From Eledone cirrhosa (Eukaryota), in contig OZ024755.1 of assembly GCA_964016885.1 (NCBI GenBank), positions 10,664,001 to 10,728,000 of the forward strand: DNA of 64,000 nt, written 5' to 3'. The notes beneath the pieces were generated by a model. It worked only from the letters and a program-made list of their open reading frames with translations, did no database searches and had not been told where the DNA came from. Each line of letters starts with the position of its first letter. Position 1 is the stretch's first letter. This document shows positions 26,475 to 40,282 of the stretch, piece by piece. Position numbers and translations under genes: made by a program.

Positions 26475-26673
26475 AATTGTTTCTACTTTAGGCACAAGGC
26501 CAGCAATTTGAAGGGATCGATCAAATGTATAACTGGGCTTTAATTCATCAACCTCATAAGGATGAAAGGCAAAGCTAACCTCAGCAGGATTTGAACTCAG
26601 AACGTAATATGTCGTAACTCTATGCTGTAAAACATGTTGTCCGAGGCTCTACTGATTCTGCCAGTCCACCGCC
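26475..26673 (-). mobile_element. SINE family A variant
   Basis: Family termini and core; flanked by tgctgataat on both sides. Confidence 0.85.
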
Positions 26674-26688
26674 CGTGTTGCTGATAAT

Positions 26689-26872
26689 AATTGTTTCAAC
26701 TTTTGGCACAAGGCCAGCAATTAACCTAGTGTATTACTGGTATTACTGGTACTTTATTTTATCGACCCCCATAAGGATGAAAGTCAAAGTTAACCTCGGT
26801 GGCATATGAACTCGGATCATAAAGGGCTGTAACTCTATGCTACAAAGCATGGCGTCTGACCCTCTACTGATA
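26689..26872 (-). mobile_element. SINE family A, adjacent to the previous copy
   Basis: Family sequence with an internal duplication of gtattactg. Confidence 0.85.
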
Positions 26873-27344
26873 CTGATAATTGATGGCTTTCTATCATTTC
26901 AGGGTATTTTTAACATTTTTTTTTTTTTTTACCCTTCTATCGATCTTGGGTTTGTTGGTGGTATTTTGTTTGTACTTATTTCTCTCCTCCTCCCCCTTGT
27001 TCTCTTTCTCCTTCTTTGCTTAATTCTCTTTCACGTCCTCCTCCTTTTTCTCCTTCTTCTTCTCCTTCTTCTCGTTTATCATTTTTTAGTTGTTTTGTCT
27101 TCCTCCCTATACTCTTCATATTTATCTTCATTATCACCACCCTACTTGTCACCATAATCTTTATCATCACTATCCCCATCATCAGCATCCATCAACGCCA
27201 TCTCTACCTCCTCATTTCACCACAATCGTCCTACTCCTACTCATGTACTTCCCTCGTGGACATGTCTTCATATCGGTTATGCTTTGGATCTCATCTTTTC
27301 ATATTTACTTTTACTATTCTCAAAATGAATCTTCGTATATACGC

Positions 27345-27830
27345 GTGTGTCTGTCTGTGTTTATGTGCGTCTGTGTGTCTGTTGGTGTCTGTGCATCTGT
27401 GTGCATCTGTTGGTATCTGTGCTACTGTGCGTCTGTTTGTGTGTGGGTGTCTGTGTCTCTGTGCATCTGTTGGTCTGTGTGCTACTGTCCGTCTGTGTGC
27501 GTCTGTGTGTGGGTGTCTGTCTCTGTGCATCTGTTGGTCTCTGTGTGCTACTGTCCGTGTGTGGGTGTCTGTCTCTGTGCATCTGTTGGTCTCTGTGTGC
27601 TACTGTCCGTGTGTGGGTGTCTGTGTCTCTGTGCATCTGTTGGTCTCTGTGTGCTACTTCCGTCTGTGTGCGTCTGTTTGTGTGTGGGTGTCTGTGTCTC
27701 TGTGCATCTGTTGGTCTGTGTGCTACTGTCCGTCTGTGTGCGTCTGTGGGTGTCTGTGTCTGCGTGTGTATATCTGTTGGTCTATGTGCGACTGTTCGAA
27801 TATCCGTCTGTGGGTGTCTGTCGGTGTCGA
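27345..27830. repeat. GT/CT-rich minisatellite (ctgtgcatctgttggtctctgtgtgctactgtccgt...)
   Basis: Tandem units of roughly 50-65 bp. Confidence 0.9.
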
Positions 27831-28170
27831 TGCGAGCGTGTTTGTGTTCATGTGAGTGTGTTTTCTTTTTATGTTAGTCGTTTGGGCTTTATTTTTCACC
27901 AATTCCATTCCTGCAACATAAAAAAAATATGTATCAACGAACCATCAATTAGATCTCATAAAGATTAATAATATAAGAGACACTATGGCTTCTATCGGCT
28001 ACACATTTCTTCATCATCAACACTAACATTTTCATTGTAAATATCATCACCTTTATCTGTGTCTACATTATCATCATCATCATCATTATCGTCACCACCA
28101 TCATCATCATTGTCATCATCATTGTCCTCATTATTACGATCAAAATAATGTTCATTATCATTTTCAACAA

Positions 28171-28357
28171 GGGCGGTGAATTGGCAGTATCGGTAGAGGG
28201 TCAGACGCCATGCTTTCCAGCATAGTTACGTCCCTTTACGGTCTGAGTTCAAATCTCGTCGAGGTTAATTTTGCCTTTCATCCTTACCAGGTCGATAAAA
28301 TAAAGTACCAGTTATGAACTGGATAATTGCTGGCCTTGTGCCAAAAGTAGAAACAAT
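28171..28357 (+). mobile_element. SINE family A, full length, TSD ATTATCATTTTCAACA
   Basis: Full family sequence; TSD at about 28154-28169 and 28356-28371. Confidence 0.92.
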
Positions 28358-28575
28358 TATCATTTTCAACATTGTGTTATCCCTTATCTTCATCAACAAC
28401 CTTTTGACTATATTAACATCTTCATTATCACTAATATCATCAACATCGTCTGCAACAACAGCAGTAGCAGCAGCAATAGCAACTTTATCAGCAGAAACAG
28501 CAATAGTAATAGTAGCAATGTCAACAGTAACAGTAAAACTATCATTAATGTTGGGTCATTATGTGCCAGTATCTT

Positions 28576-28764
28576 GGGCGGTGGATTGGCAGTATCGGTA
28601 GAGGGTCGGGCGCCATGCTTTGAAGCATAGAGTTACCTCCCTTTATGATCTGAGTTCAAATCCCGCCGAGGTTAACTTTGCCTTTCATCCTTACGGGGTC
28701 GATAAAATAAAGTACCAGTAATACACTGGTAATTGATGGCCTTGTGCTAAAAGTAGAAACAATT
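28576..28764 (+). mobile_element. SINE family A, full length, 18-bp TSD ATTATGTGCCAGTATCTT
   Basis: TSD at 28558-28575 and 28762-28779; A box tggcagtatcgg and B box gttcaaatccc. Confidence 0.95.
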
Positions 28765-29029
28765 ATGTGCCAGTATCTTACCTTTTTTTCTAATGTTGTG
28801 AATTGGCAGATGTTAGAACGTCGGACGGGATGATTCGTCATATTCGCTCCAGCTTGTTGGACTGTCTATTCGAATCCTGCCGATATCTACTTCGTCTCTC
28901 AGTATAAAATTTGAAAGTATACGAGTCAAATACTGGGATCGATCCTTCGCACTCACACAATCACACACACACTCTCTTTCTCTCTTTCTCTCTCTCTCTC
29001 TTTCTCTCGATATATATATATATATATAT

Positions 29030-29150
29030 CATGTTCAACATAAAAATGGTTTCTACAGGACTAGAACTGTTTCATTCAAAAGAAACATTTACACTCTACT
29101 ATATTGCGTACCTTACTAACTGTGGTTAACCCTGATTGAACCCGGCACTC
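29030..29150 (+). mobile_element. Penelope-like fragment in (TA)n with an inverted 5' segment and a tail
   Basis: The tail matches 11721-11781 in reverse, while acagga.tag..ct.tttcattc (29056-29077) has the same orientation as 11795-11816, so it is inverted relative to the tail. aaatggtttct and agaaacattt form an inverted pair. Confidence 0.65.
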
Positions 29151-29856
29151 ATATATATATATATATATTATACTTGGGGAAGTTCATATCGTTGTAATAA
29201 TATTGCCAGAAATAATGACAGAACACATGCATTGTTTGGTTGGTTTTCGCTTCTGTATCTTTTATATCTCCACAGTTAATTCATTCGGTCCTCAATGTTT
29301 ACCATTGAGTGACCAATATGTGTTTCGACACACGATTGCATATCAAAAACCTCGCAAAACAAATATATGTATATGTATACATCATCAGTTGTGCTCAGAC
29401 CTACACGGTGGTGGGTTCCACCTGTTTCAGTTGCTCAAACCCGAGTTAAGGGATCAAGAATCTTATTTCATTTCTGTGCTTACAATGCGATACAGAGAAC
29501 AGATCTGTGCGTCTTCATTACGAGCAGAATTATGCTTTGATTTTGTTTTCTATTGTATTTAAAGTACTGTATATTATAAATGGGAAGTGTATAGCAGTTA
29601 TTTTCTGCGCTGTCGTTTTGTTATATATGTATCTGTATCTTTACTAAACCATGCCAAATTTATATAATTATAGGTATTGTTGCATTATCAATGATGTTAT
29701 TGCCGTTCATTTTTTTCCAGAGCCGATAAAATATAAATTAATCAAGTTTTCAGGTAAATACAATCGCCTATACACTTCTCTAAAATGTGCTTTCTGTATA
29801 TTAGAAAATATTTTTATTACCAGCATTTTCACCATGAGGACGTGTAATTCGACTGT

Positions 29857-30117
29857 TTAGTGACTCTGACTCCCGCGTTTTGCGACGCATGAGGCATTCA
29901 TAGTTTTCAATTGCGTTCGGTCAGCAGCCAGTTGCACAGCGTCCCGCCATTGTCTGTTTGTCGATCGCAGGTCCCTCTCAACTGTCTGGCGCCAGTTCAT
30001 TTTGGGTCACCCTCTCCGTCTGCTTCCTGTGGGCTCCATTTAAGTACTTGGTTCACCAGTCTCTCCGGGGGAAGTCTCAAAGCGTGTCCAAACCAGCCCA
30101 GGCGTCGCTTGCAGATG
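29857..30117 (-). pseudogene. RTE-clade LINE ORF C-terminal fragment with frameshifts
   Basis: Minus translation ICKRRLGWFGHALRLPPERLVNQVLKWSP/GSRRRG/PKMNWRQTVERDLRSTNRQWRDAVQLAADR. The RL.W.GH..R...G.R.RGRP...W...A.DR pattern is typical of the RTE C-terminus. Confidence 0.85.
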
Positions 30118-32281
30118 TTTAGTGACGGCACTAAGTATTTCATCTTTTCGTGTCCTATTGTCAGAACGTTAGGGCCTCGGATTAAATGCCTCGTTGTTTG
30201 TTCTATTTCTCTACGCTCAGAGTTTAAATTCTGCCGAAATCAACTTTCCATTATGACATGAAGTCTGCTTAGTTATAACCTGTACAATTAAGAATAACGA
30301 TACTATCTTATGCAGTTGCTCATTTAACAGCAGTGAAGGCGTTTGTATGTTTGAGTTGATGTGTAGTATTAAAGTTGTTATTTACAAAGCCATTCCCCTC
30401 CAGGATGAACGTGTTTTAATGCTATAAATCTTGACAGTTTGTCATTTACTATATTTTGTTTAGCGGCCCATTAAGTTATGTCAATATATTTTAATTTGTG
30501 TCGCTTTAACCTAAAGATTGTGGTTACATTAATGATGTAAAATTACAGGACACCTGTTCCAGACACTTGTTAATTATACAGCTCTCGGTCAATGTTGGGC
30601 CGGTAATACCCACTACATAAAACATTACATTCAACTTACGACATATATACCCTTTGGTCACACGCTAGAGAAAAAACAATGTTTAAGGAAAACATTTTAA
30701 AAGAAAGAATTTTACATCAAATCATATTAGAATCGTGTAAATCCGGTGTGAAATGTATCTAAATTTCGTTCGTAGAAATATTTCTTTGCAGAAAATGTTT
30801 TCGTTTGGTGAAATTATCAGTGTGTACGGTTTTAACGATTATAATTGTAGCATTGCTAGATTCTTGAGGACAAAACTACAGAATTAATATCTCTAGAAAA
30901 TCTGTTCTTGCATCGTGCAGGGAATTAGTGACTGAAATTTCACTAGAATTTCTTTATAAAATGATAACGTATTGTTGCTTTCTACATCTAAAATTAGTTC
31001 TACTGGCATTTCATTGATTAATGTCGAAGATCCATCGGAGAAGAGTAATTTTAACCATTCAGAAACACACACAGGCTGTGAAATTTACTTTACATTTGTT
31101 ATTAATTTCTTGAGTCAAGATTTCTGTTGCACGTTTTACGATCTGGTTACTAATACAGTTTAACTGCAGCTCAAGACAACAAAATAAACAAAGGTAAATG
31201 TAAGTTGTTGTTTCTGAATTTCTAAAATAAATATTCCACTATGTAATTGATATAGTTTCAGCACAGAATCTCTGATAAAGTCACTTGTCAGGCACATACA
31301 ACTGTGACTGAAATAACCGCACGAAATAAATGAAGACTGAATAGGTTTTTGTGTATTTTCAGATAGTTAAATGGATTTTTCGCGATATAATTGTTTTAGT
31401 TTCATCCCATGGTTTCCGATCAAGTTACCTGCCAGGGGAAATAGAACTCGCAAATAGCAAGAACGTTGTACTGTTTCAATAGGATGCAGATAAATGAAAT
31501 GTATTATCACTATATTCATAAAGCTTTTGTTCTTAAGGTGATCTGTTTCAAACTATTATATAACCTTTGCAATATATTGTTGCTAAGTTGAGGTTATGTT
31601 GAGGTACTGTTGCAGCGTTGGTAGTTCTGTCCGTGACTGGTAGTGGTTGTCATGACTGGACGTAGCATGTTATCATGAGTTCGCTTCACCATCGTATGTT
31701 TCAGATTTTGATCCCACTTCGTTACATCGTGGGCAAATGTCATTTACCATCTCCTTTGCTTCCCCCAAGCCTTGTGAATGAAATTGGGCAGACGGGAACT
31801 GTTTGCGAACCCTTTTTATGGATTGTACCTGTTATTCAAAGGTTCAGCTTTGTCACACTCTCTGCTATGATATGAATCTTCGAAAGAATTAGGCTAAATG
31901 TAGACAGGCCTAACTATGGAATACTCAGTTGATAGAATATTAATTTCACAAGCATGCTGTTCGGTTGATCGAACAGATGGAACATTTATTGTTGAAATAG
32001 ATGAAGGTTCATTCTATTCCAGTTATTATGATGGTGTTGAAGGTAATGATGGCGTGAGTAAAAATGGCGACATTAGTGAGCAAACTACCGTTAATTCATT
32101 TGTCGATCTCATCTTTGTATTTGTTATTATAGCGATGTATTTTGAAATAGAATGTCGTTATTATTTTTACAGCTGCATTTCATGTTGTTAATCTTGTTTT
32201 AAGATGTTACTGCTGCTGTTCGTTTTCTTCTTTCTCCTCTTTTTTTCTTTTTCTTCTTTTTCTTTTTTTTCTTTTTTTCTT

Positions 32282-32353
32282 ATTATTCGATAAAATAAAG
32301 TACCAGCAAGGCACTGGGGTAATTGCTGGCCTTGTGCCAAAAGTAGAAACATT
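32282..32353 (+). mobile_element. SINE family A 3' fragment
   Basis: tcgataaaataaagtaccag...ccaaaagtagaaac followed by (ATT)n. Confidence 0.8.
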
Positions 32354-32442
32354 ATTATTATTATTGCTTTTTCTTTTCCGGCAGTAGTGTTTCTGATATA
32401 TGCCAAGTGTCATCCTGACACCTATTATTACTATTATTATTA

Positions 32443-32630
32443 GGGCGGTGGATTGGCAGTATCGGTAGAGGGTCGGACGCCATGCTTTGCAGCATAGTTA
32501 CGTCCCTTTACGGACTGAGTTCAAATCCCGCCGAGGTTAACTTTGCCTTTCATCCTTACGGGGTCGATAAAATAAAGTACCAGTAATGCACTGGGTAATT
32601 GCTGGCCTTGTGCCTAAAGTAGAAACAATT
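32443..32630 (+). mobile_element. SINE family A, full length, TSD ATTATTACTATTATTATTA
   Basis: Full family sequence with tRNA A/B boxes; TSD on both sides. Confidence 0.93.
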
Positions 32631-33951
32631 ATTACTATTATTATTATTATTTTGATTATGATTGTTATTCTTACTTCGTTGTCTTCTGCTGCTCATGAGG
32701 ATGATGATGATGATCATGAAGTTGTTTCTATTTTGTGGTTGTCAGTTCAAGTGTCATATAATCCACTACCAGATTGTGACTGTATAAACAATGAAATAGA
32801 CGTAGTCGTCTACTTCGGCTTAAATTGTCCTGTCTTCCGGAAGACACAATTGAAGCAAAACGCCATCATTTCACAATTATCACTGTTATACAACGTACCT
32901 ATAAATATTACTGTCGTTCATCAATCTTCACTACAACCATATAGTCGACAATATCTGTTCAACTGCGTAGTTTCGGGTTGGATCCTAGTGATTCAAACCT
33001 AGCGAGTTTTTTTTTTTTCTATCATAATCATGAGTTTTCCAGAATATAAAAGAAATTTGCCATAATGAAACAACGTCGAGCCCTGTCGAGCGGTTGGTGG
33101 TATTGTTGGTGATTGTGGTGGTGGTGATGGCGGTGGAAGTTTCATGTCCTTGAGTAGTCAACATTATCCTGTTTACGAGGGTCAGCTGAAACATTCATAG
33201 CTTGACCAAGATACTATTATGGAGTAACCAAATGTGGTTCATTTCCTAACAGTCTCTGGAAAGTTTCAATGCAGTTATTAATAAGAAAAGTTAAAAATTA
33301 ATGCAAGCAAGATTTCACAGCCCTAGCATCAATTCTTCATTGTCAGCCGTACCTCGTAGTCCACTTAACTGGACCTTGTGTGTTTTTAACATTGTCCCAT
33401 CTAAGGTAAATATCCGAGCCAGGTCTATGACGTAAGAATAACTTCCTATCAGAGGCTTGAAAATTATAGTGTTATAACTGCTGTCGTTTCATCTGTCATT
33501 TAGCAGTAAAAGCATCTATAATTATGACAACCTAACACGTTATAATATACAATAATTGGTATTCCATGCGATAATAAAATTATTCTATCGCTTATCATAT
33601 TGTGCAATTCTATATATAATTCAATGAAACATTACTGTCAACACGTGAAACTAGTTACTTTCGTTTTGTTGTCCTTTATTTAAAGATAGTATAAGGTTTA
33701 CTTTCGGTAGGCGTAGAGTTACAATGTACATGGAGTGCATCTAGTTGCGAAATCTTTCTCTGAGTTTACCAGGCAAGTTTGGGGGACGAAATACGACCGG
33801 AGTTGTTAAAATCTTTAAATAGAACAATATGCTCTGGCTAACATACATGACAGGTAGCCTAGACCTCTGGAAAGGCATCATCACATATACATGCTCACAC
33901 TCCCACTCTCTCACTCACACTCTCACTCACTCACTCGCTCACCCACGCTCA

Positions 33952-33971
33952 CACATACAAATGCATTAACA

Positions 33972-34042
<71 letters not shown>

Positions 34043-34428
34043 GCGCGCGCGCGCGCACACAAATGCATTAACACGCGCGCACACACACACAAATGCATTA
34101 ACACACGCGCACACACACACAAATGCATTAACACACGCGCACACACACACAAATGCATTAACACACGCGCACACACACACAAATGCATTAACACACGCGC
34201 ACACACACACAAATGCATTAACACACGCGCACACACACATACAAATGCATTAACACACGCGCACACACACATACAAATGCATTAACACACAGTCACACAC
34301 ACATACAAATGCATTAACACAGTCACACACACATACAAATGCATTAACACACAGTCACACACACATACAAATGCATTAACACAGTCACACACACATACAA
34401 ATGCATTAACACACAGTCACACACACAT
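33952..34428. repeat. ~30-bp minisatellite ACAAATGCATTAACAC...(CA)n with a (GCAC)n tract
   Basis: Directly visible tandem units. Confidence 0.95.
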
Positions 34429-34603
34429 ATATACATCTATACATATAACAAGTATGTACACACATGCAATATACATACACGTGTGTGTGTGTTTGTGTGT
34501 GATAATAATACGTTTGAAGACTAAAATCCAAAGAAGGCTCGATAAGGATCTCGTTCAGGGTGAAAGCAGCGATTCTTTGCTTAAACTTTAATCTGTTATT
34601 TTA

Positions 34604-34635
<32 letters not shown>

Positions 34636-34919
34636 TTGCGTGTGTGTGTATATAGGAAGGTATACTATTTATCCAACGATATAACCTAGAAGTCTTAACA
34701 TTAATATCTCAACCTTGCTAGGTGTTCGTTACAGATATTACCATGGAAACACTAATACTACAGATGCTTTCAATTGTGTATATGGTTATGTATGTGTGTA
34801 TGTAGATGCTTTCATTTCGCTGTGTGTGTGTGTGTACACTTATATCTATGTATGTACATATGTATATATACACTTATATCTATGTATATGTGTGTATATA
34901 TGAATTTATATACTTATAT

Positions 34920-36114
34920 CTATGTGTATATATGTATATATATGAGTAGACACATATATATGTATATATATGAGTAGACACATATATATGTATATATATG
35001 AGTAGACACATATATATGTATATATATGAGTAGACACATATATATGTATATATATGAGTAGACACATATATATGTATATATATGAGTAGACACATATATG
35101 TATATATATGAGTAGACACATATATATGTATATATATGAGTAGACACATATATATATATATGTATATATATGAGTAGACACATATATATATATGTATATA
35201 TATGAGTAGACACATATATATATATGTATATATATGAGTAGACACATATATATATGTATATATATGAGTAGACACATATATATATGTATATATATGAGTA
35301 GACACGTATATATATGTATATATATGAGTAGACACGTATATATATGTATATATATGAGTAGACACGTATATATATGTATATATATGAGTAGACACGTATA
35401 TATATGTATATATATGAGTAGACACGTATATATATGTATATATATGAGTAGACACGTATATATATGTATATATATGAGTAGACACGTATATATATGTATA
35501 TATATGAGTAGACACGTATATATATGAGTAGACACGTATATATATGTATATATATGAGTAGACACGTATATATATGTATATATATGAGTATACACGTATA
35601 TATATGTATATATATGAGTATACACGTATATATATGTATATATATGAGTATACACGTATATATATGTATATATATGAGTATACACGTATATATATGTATA
35701 TATATGAGTATACACGTATATATATGTATATATATGAGTATACACGTATATATATGTATATATATGAGTATACACGTATATATATGTATATATATGAGTA
35801 TACACATATATATATGTATATATATGAGTATACACATATATCTGTGTATATATGAGTATACACATATATCTGTGTATATATGAGTATACACATATATCTG
35901 TGTATATATGAGTATACACATATATCTGTGTATATATGAGTATACACATGTGTATATATATATATATACATATATATATGAGTATACACATATATCTGTA
36001 TATATATATATATATATATGAGTATACACATATATCTGTGTGTGTATATATATATGAGTATACACATATATCTGTGTGTATATATATATATATGAGTATA
36101 CACATATATCTGTG

Positions 36115-36151
<37 letters not shown>

Positions 36152-36352
36152 GAGTATACACATGTATATATGTATATACACATACATGTATGTATATATG
36201 TATGTATATCTGTATATATATGTATGTATATCTGTATATATCTGTATGTATATCTGTATATATCTGTATATATATGTATGTATATATCTGTATATATATG
36301 TATGTATATATCTGTATATATATGTATGTATATATCTGTATATATATATCTG

Positions 36353-36387
<35 letters not shown>

Positions 36388-37406
36388 GTATGTGTATATG
36401 TATGTATATCTGTATGTATATGTATGTATATCTGTATATGTATGTATATGTATGTATATGTATGTATATCTGTATATATATATGTATATCTGTATATATA
36501 TGTATATCTGTATATATATGTATATCTGTATATATGTATATCTGTATATATATATATCTGTATATATATATATATGTATATCTGTATATATATATGTATA
36601 TCTGTATATATATATGTATATCTGTATATATATATGTATATCTGTATATATATATGTATATCTGTATATATCTGTATATCTGTATATATCTGTATATCTG
36701 TATATATCTGTATATCTGTATATATCTGTATATCTGTATATATCTGTATATCTGTATATATATGTATATCTGTATATCTGTATATATATGTATATCTGTA
36801 TATCTGTATATATATGTATATCTGTATATCTGTATATATATGTATATCTGTATATCTGTATATATATGTATATCTGTATATCTGTATATATCTGTATATC
36901 TGTATATATATGTATATCTGTATATATATATGTATGTATATCTATATGTATATCTGTATATATGTATATCTGTATATATATATATGTATATCTGTATATA
37001 TATGTATATCTGTATATATATATGTATATCTGTATATATATATGTATATCTGTATATATATATATGTATATCTGTATATATATATATGTATATCTGTATA
37101 TATATATATGTATATCTGTATATATATATATGTATATCTGTATATATATATATGTATATCTGTATATATATATATGTATATCTGTATATATATATATGTA
37201 TATCTGTATATATATATATGTATATCTGTATATATATATATGCATATCTGTATATATATATATGTATATCTGTATATATATATATGTATATCTGTATATA
37301 TATATATGTATATCTGTATATATATATATGTATATCTGTATATATATATATATATGTATATCTGTATATATATATATGTATATCTGTATATATATATATA
37401 TATATA

Positions 37407-37469
<63 letters not shown>

Positions 37470-37542
37470 CTGTATATATATATATATATATCTGTATATA
37501 TATATATATATATGTATATCTGTATATATATATATATATATA

Positions 37543-37589
<47 letters not shown>

Positions 37590-37758
37590 GTATATATATA
37601 TATCTGTATATATATATATATATATATCTGTATATATATATATATATATATATATCTGTATATATATATATATATATATATCTGTATATATATATATATA
37701 TATCTGTATATATATATATATATATATATATCTGTATATATATATATATATATATATA

Positions 37759-37789
<31 letters not shown>

Positions 37790-38734
37790 CTGTATATCTA
37801 TATATATGTATATATATATGTATATCTATATATATGTATATATATATGTATATCTATATATATGTATATATATATGTATATCTATATATATATATATGTA
37901 TATCTATATATATGTATATATATATGTATATCTATATATATGTATATATATATGTATATCTATATATATGTATATATATATATGTATATCTATATATATG
38001 TATATATATATGTATATCTATATATATGTATATATATATATGTATATCTATATATATGTATATATATATATGTATATCTATATATATGTATATATATATG
38101 TATATCTATATATATGTATATGTATATCTATATATATGTATATATGTATATGTATATCTATATATATGTATATATATATATGTATATCTATATATATGTA
38201 TATCTATATATATGTATATATATATGTATATCTATATATATGTATATCTATATATATGTATATATATATATGTATATCTATATATATGTATATCTATATA
38301 TATGTATATCTATATATATGTATATCTATATATATGTATATCTATATATATGTATATCTATATATATGTATATCTATATATATGTATATCTATATATATG
38401 TATATCTATATATATGTATATCTATATATATGTATATCTATATATATGTATATCTATATATATGTATATCTATATATATGTATATCTATATATATGTATA
38501 TCTATATATATGTATATCTATATATATGTATATCTATATATATGTATATCTATATATATGTATATCTATATGTATGTATATCTATATGTATGTATATCTA
38601 TATGTATGTATATCTATATGTATGTATATCTATATGTATGTATATCTATATGTATGTATATCTATATGTATGTATATCTATATGTGTATATATATATGTG
38701 TATATATATATATATGTATATCTGTATATATATG
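34920..38734. repeat. Large compound TA-derived satellite (GAGTAGACAC/GAGTATACAC, then TGTATATC units)
   Basis: Directly visible; the unit changes stepwise along the array. Confidence 0.95.
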
Positions 38735-39311
38735 TTGTTATACTTTGGGAGGGTCATGTTGCCAATAAGAAACACACGCACCAGTTGCTTTCACTTCAAT
38801 TTATTATATATTTATAAATTTATAAATTTACAAATTTACAAACTTATAAATTTCTGGTTGGTTGGTTGGTTCCACAACCAGATAGTTGTTTATATATAGT
38901 CATAGTCCTTTCGTCACACACTGTGACCTCTTCAGTGACTGGGGATTCCTTCTTTGTTTCTGTGCCTTTTGTGCCTTTCCTTTCTTCTATCCTACGCCAT
39001 TTTGTTTCTGTGTGTGTGTTGTTTGCTCAGTTTGCGCATGCGCCACATCCGGGTGTTTGTGTGTGTTTGTGTTCATTTATCTATTTGTTTATTTATTTAT
39101 TTATTTATTTATTGTTGGTTGGTTGTTTGTTCTGTGTGTGTGTGTTTTCATTTTGTCCTGTGTGTTTTCATTTTGTCCTTAATTGTAAGTTGTTTGTTTT
39201 ATGTGTGCGTGTGTTTCTTATTGGCAACATGACCCTCCCAAAGTATAACAATATCGGTTTCAACACACGATTTCAGATAAAGAATCTTGCTAAACAAATT
39301 CAGAAACGAAA
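38735..39311 (+). mobile_element. Penelope-like insertion within the satellite: long inverted segment, 47-bp inverted repeat, ~60-nt tail
   Basis: 38735-38781 is the perfect reverse complement of 39205-39251. A hammerhead and an AATAAA lie on the minus strand inside. Tail 39252-39311. Confidence 0.75.
38898..38940 (-). ncRNA. Minimal type I hammerhead ribozyme
   Basis: Minus strand: AGUCA-CUGAAGA-G-GUCACA GUG UGUGAC-GAAA-G GA C-UA-UGACU. Stem I 5 bp, stem II 6 bp (one extra G after the core), minimal stem III. Confidence 0.75.
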
Positions 39312-40223
39312 TGTATATATATGTATATCTGTATATATATATGTATATCTGTATATATATGTATATCTGTATATATATGTATATCTGTATATATATGTAT
39401 ATCTGTATATATATGTATATCTGTATATATATGTATATCTGTATATCTATGTATATCTGTATATATATGTATATCTGTATATATATGTATATCTGTATAT
39501 ATATGTATATATATGTATATCTGTATATATATGTATATCTGTATATATATGTATATCTGTATATATATGTATATCTGTATATATATGTATATCTGTATAT
39601 ATATGTATATCTGTATATATATGTATATCTGTATGTATATGTATATATATCTGTATGTATATCTGTATATATATGTATATATATCTGTATATGTATGTAT
39701 ATATATATGTATATATATCTGTATATGTATGTATATATATATGTATGTGTATCTGTATATGTATGTGTATGTATATCTGTATATATATATATATATGTGT
39801 ATGTATATCTGTATATATATATATATATGTGTATGTATATCTGTATATATATATATATATGTGTATGTATATCTGTATATATATATATATATGTGTATGT
39901 ATATCTGTATATATATATATATATGTGTATGTATATCTGTATATATATATATATATGTGTATGTATATCTGTATATATATATGTGTATGTATATCTGTAT
40001 ATATATATATATATATGTGTATGTATATCTGTATATATATATATATATATGTGTATGTATATCTGTATATATATATATATATGTGTATGTATATCTGTAT
40101 ATATGTATATATATGTGTATGTATATCTCTATATATATCTGTATGTATGTATATCTCTATATATATCTGTATGTATGTATATCTCTATATATATCTGTAT
40201 GTATGTATATCTCTATATATATG

Positions 40224-40280
<57 letters not shown>
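39312..40280. repeat. Continuation of the TGTATATC/(TA)n satellite
   Basis: Directly visible. Confidence 0.95.

Positions 40281-40282
<2 letters not shown>

Noticed and set aside
27016-27968. Cys/Val/Leu-rich ORFs
   Set aside because: They derive from a GT/CT minisatellite and pyrimidine-rich low-complexity DNA.
28576-28665. tRNA gene
   Set aside because: The A/B boxes belong to the SINE head; there is no cloverleaf and it continues into the SINE body with a TSD.
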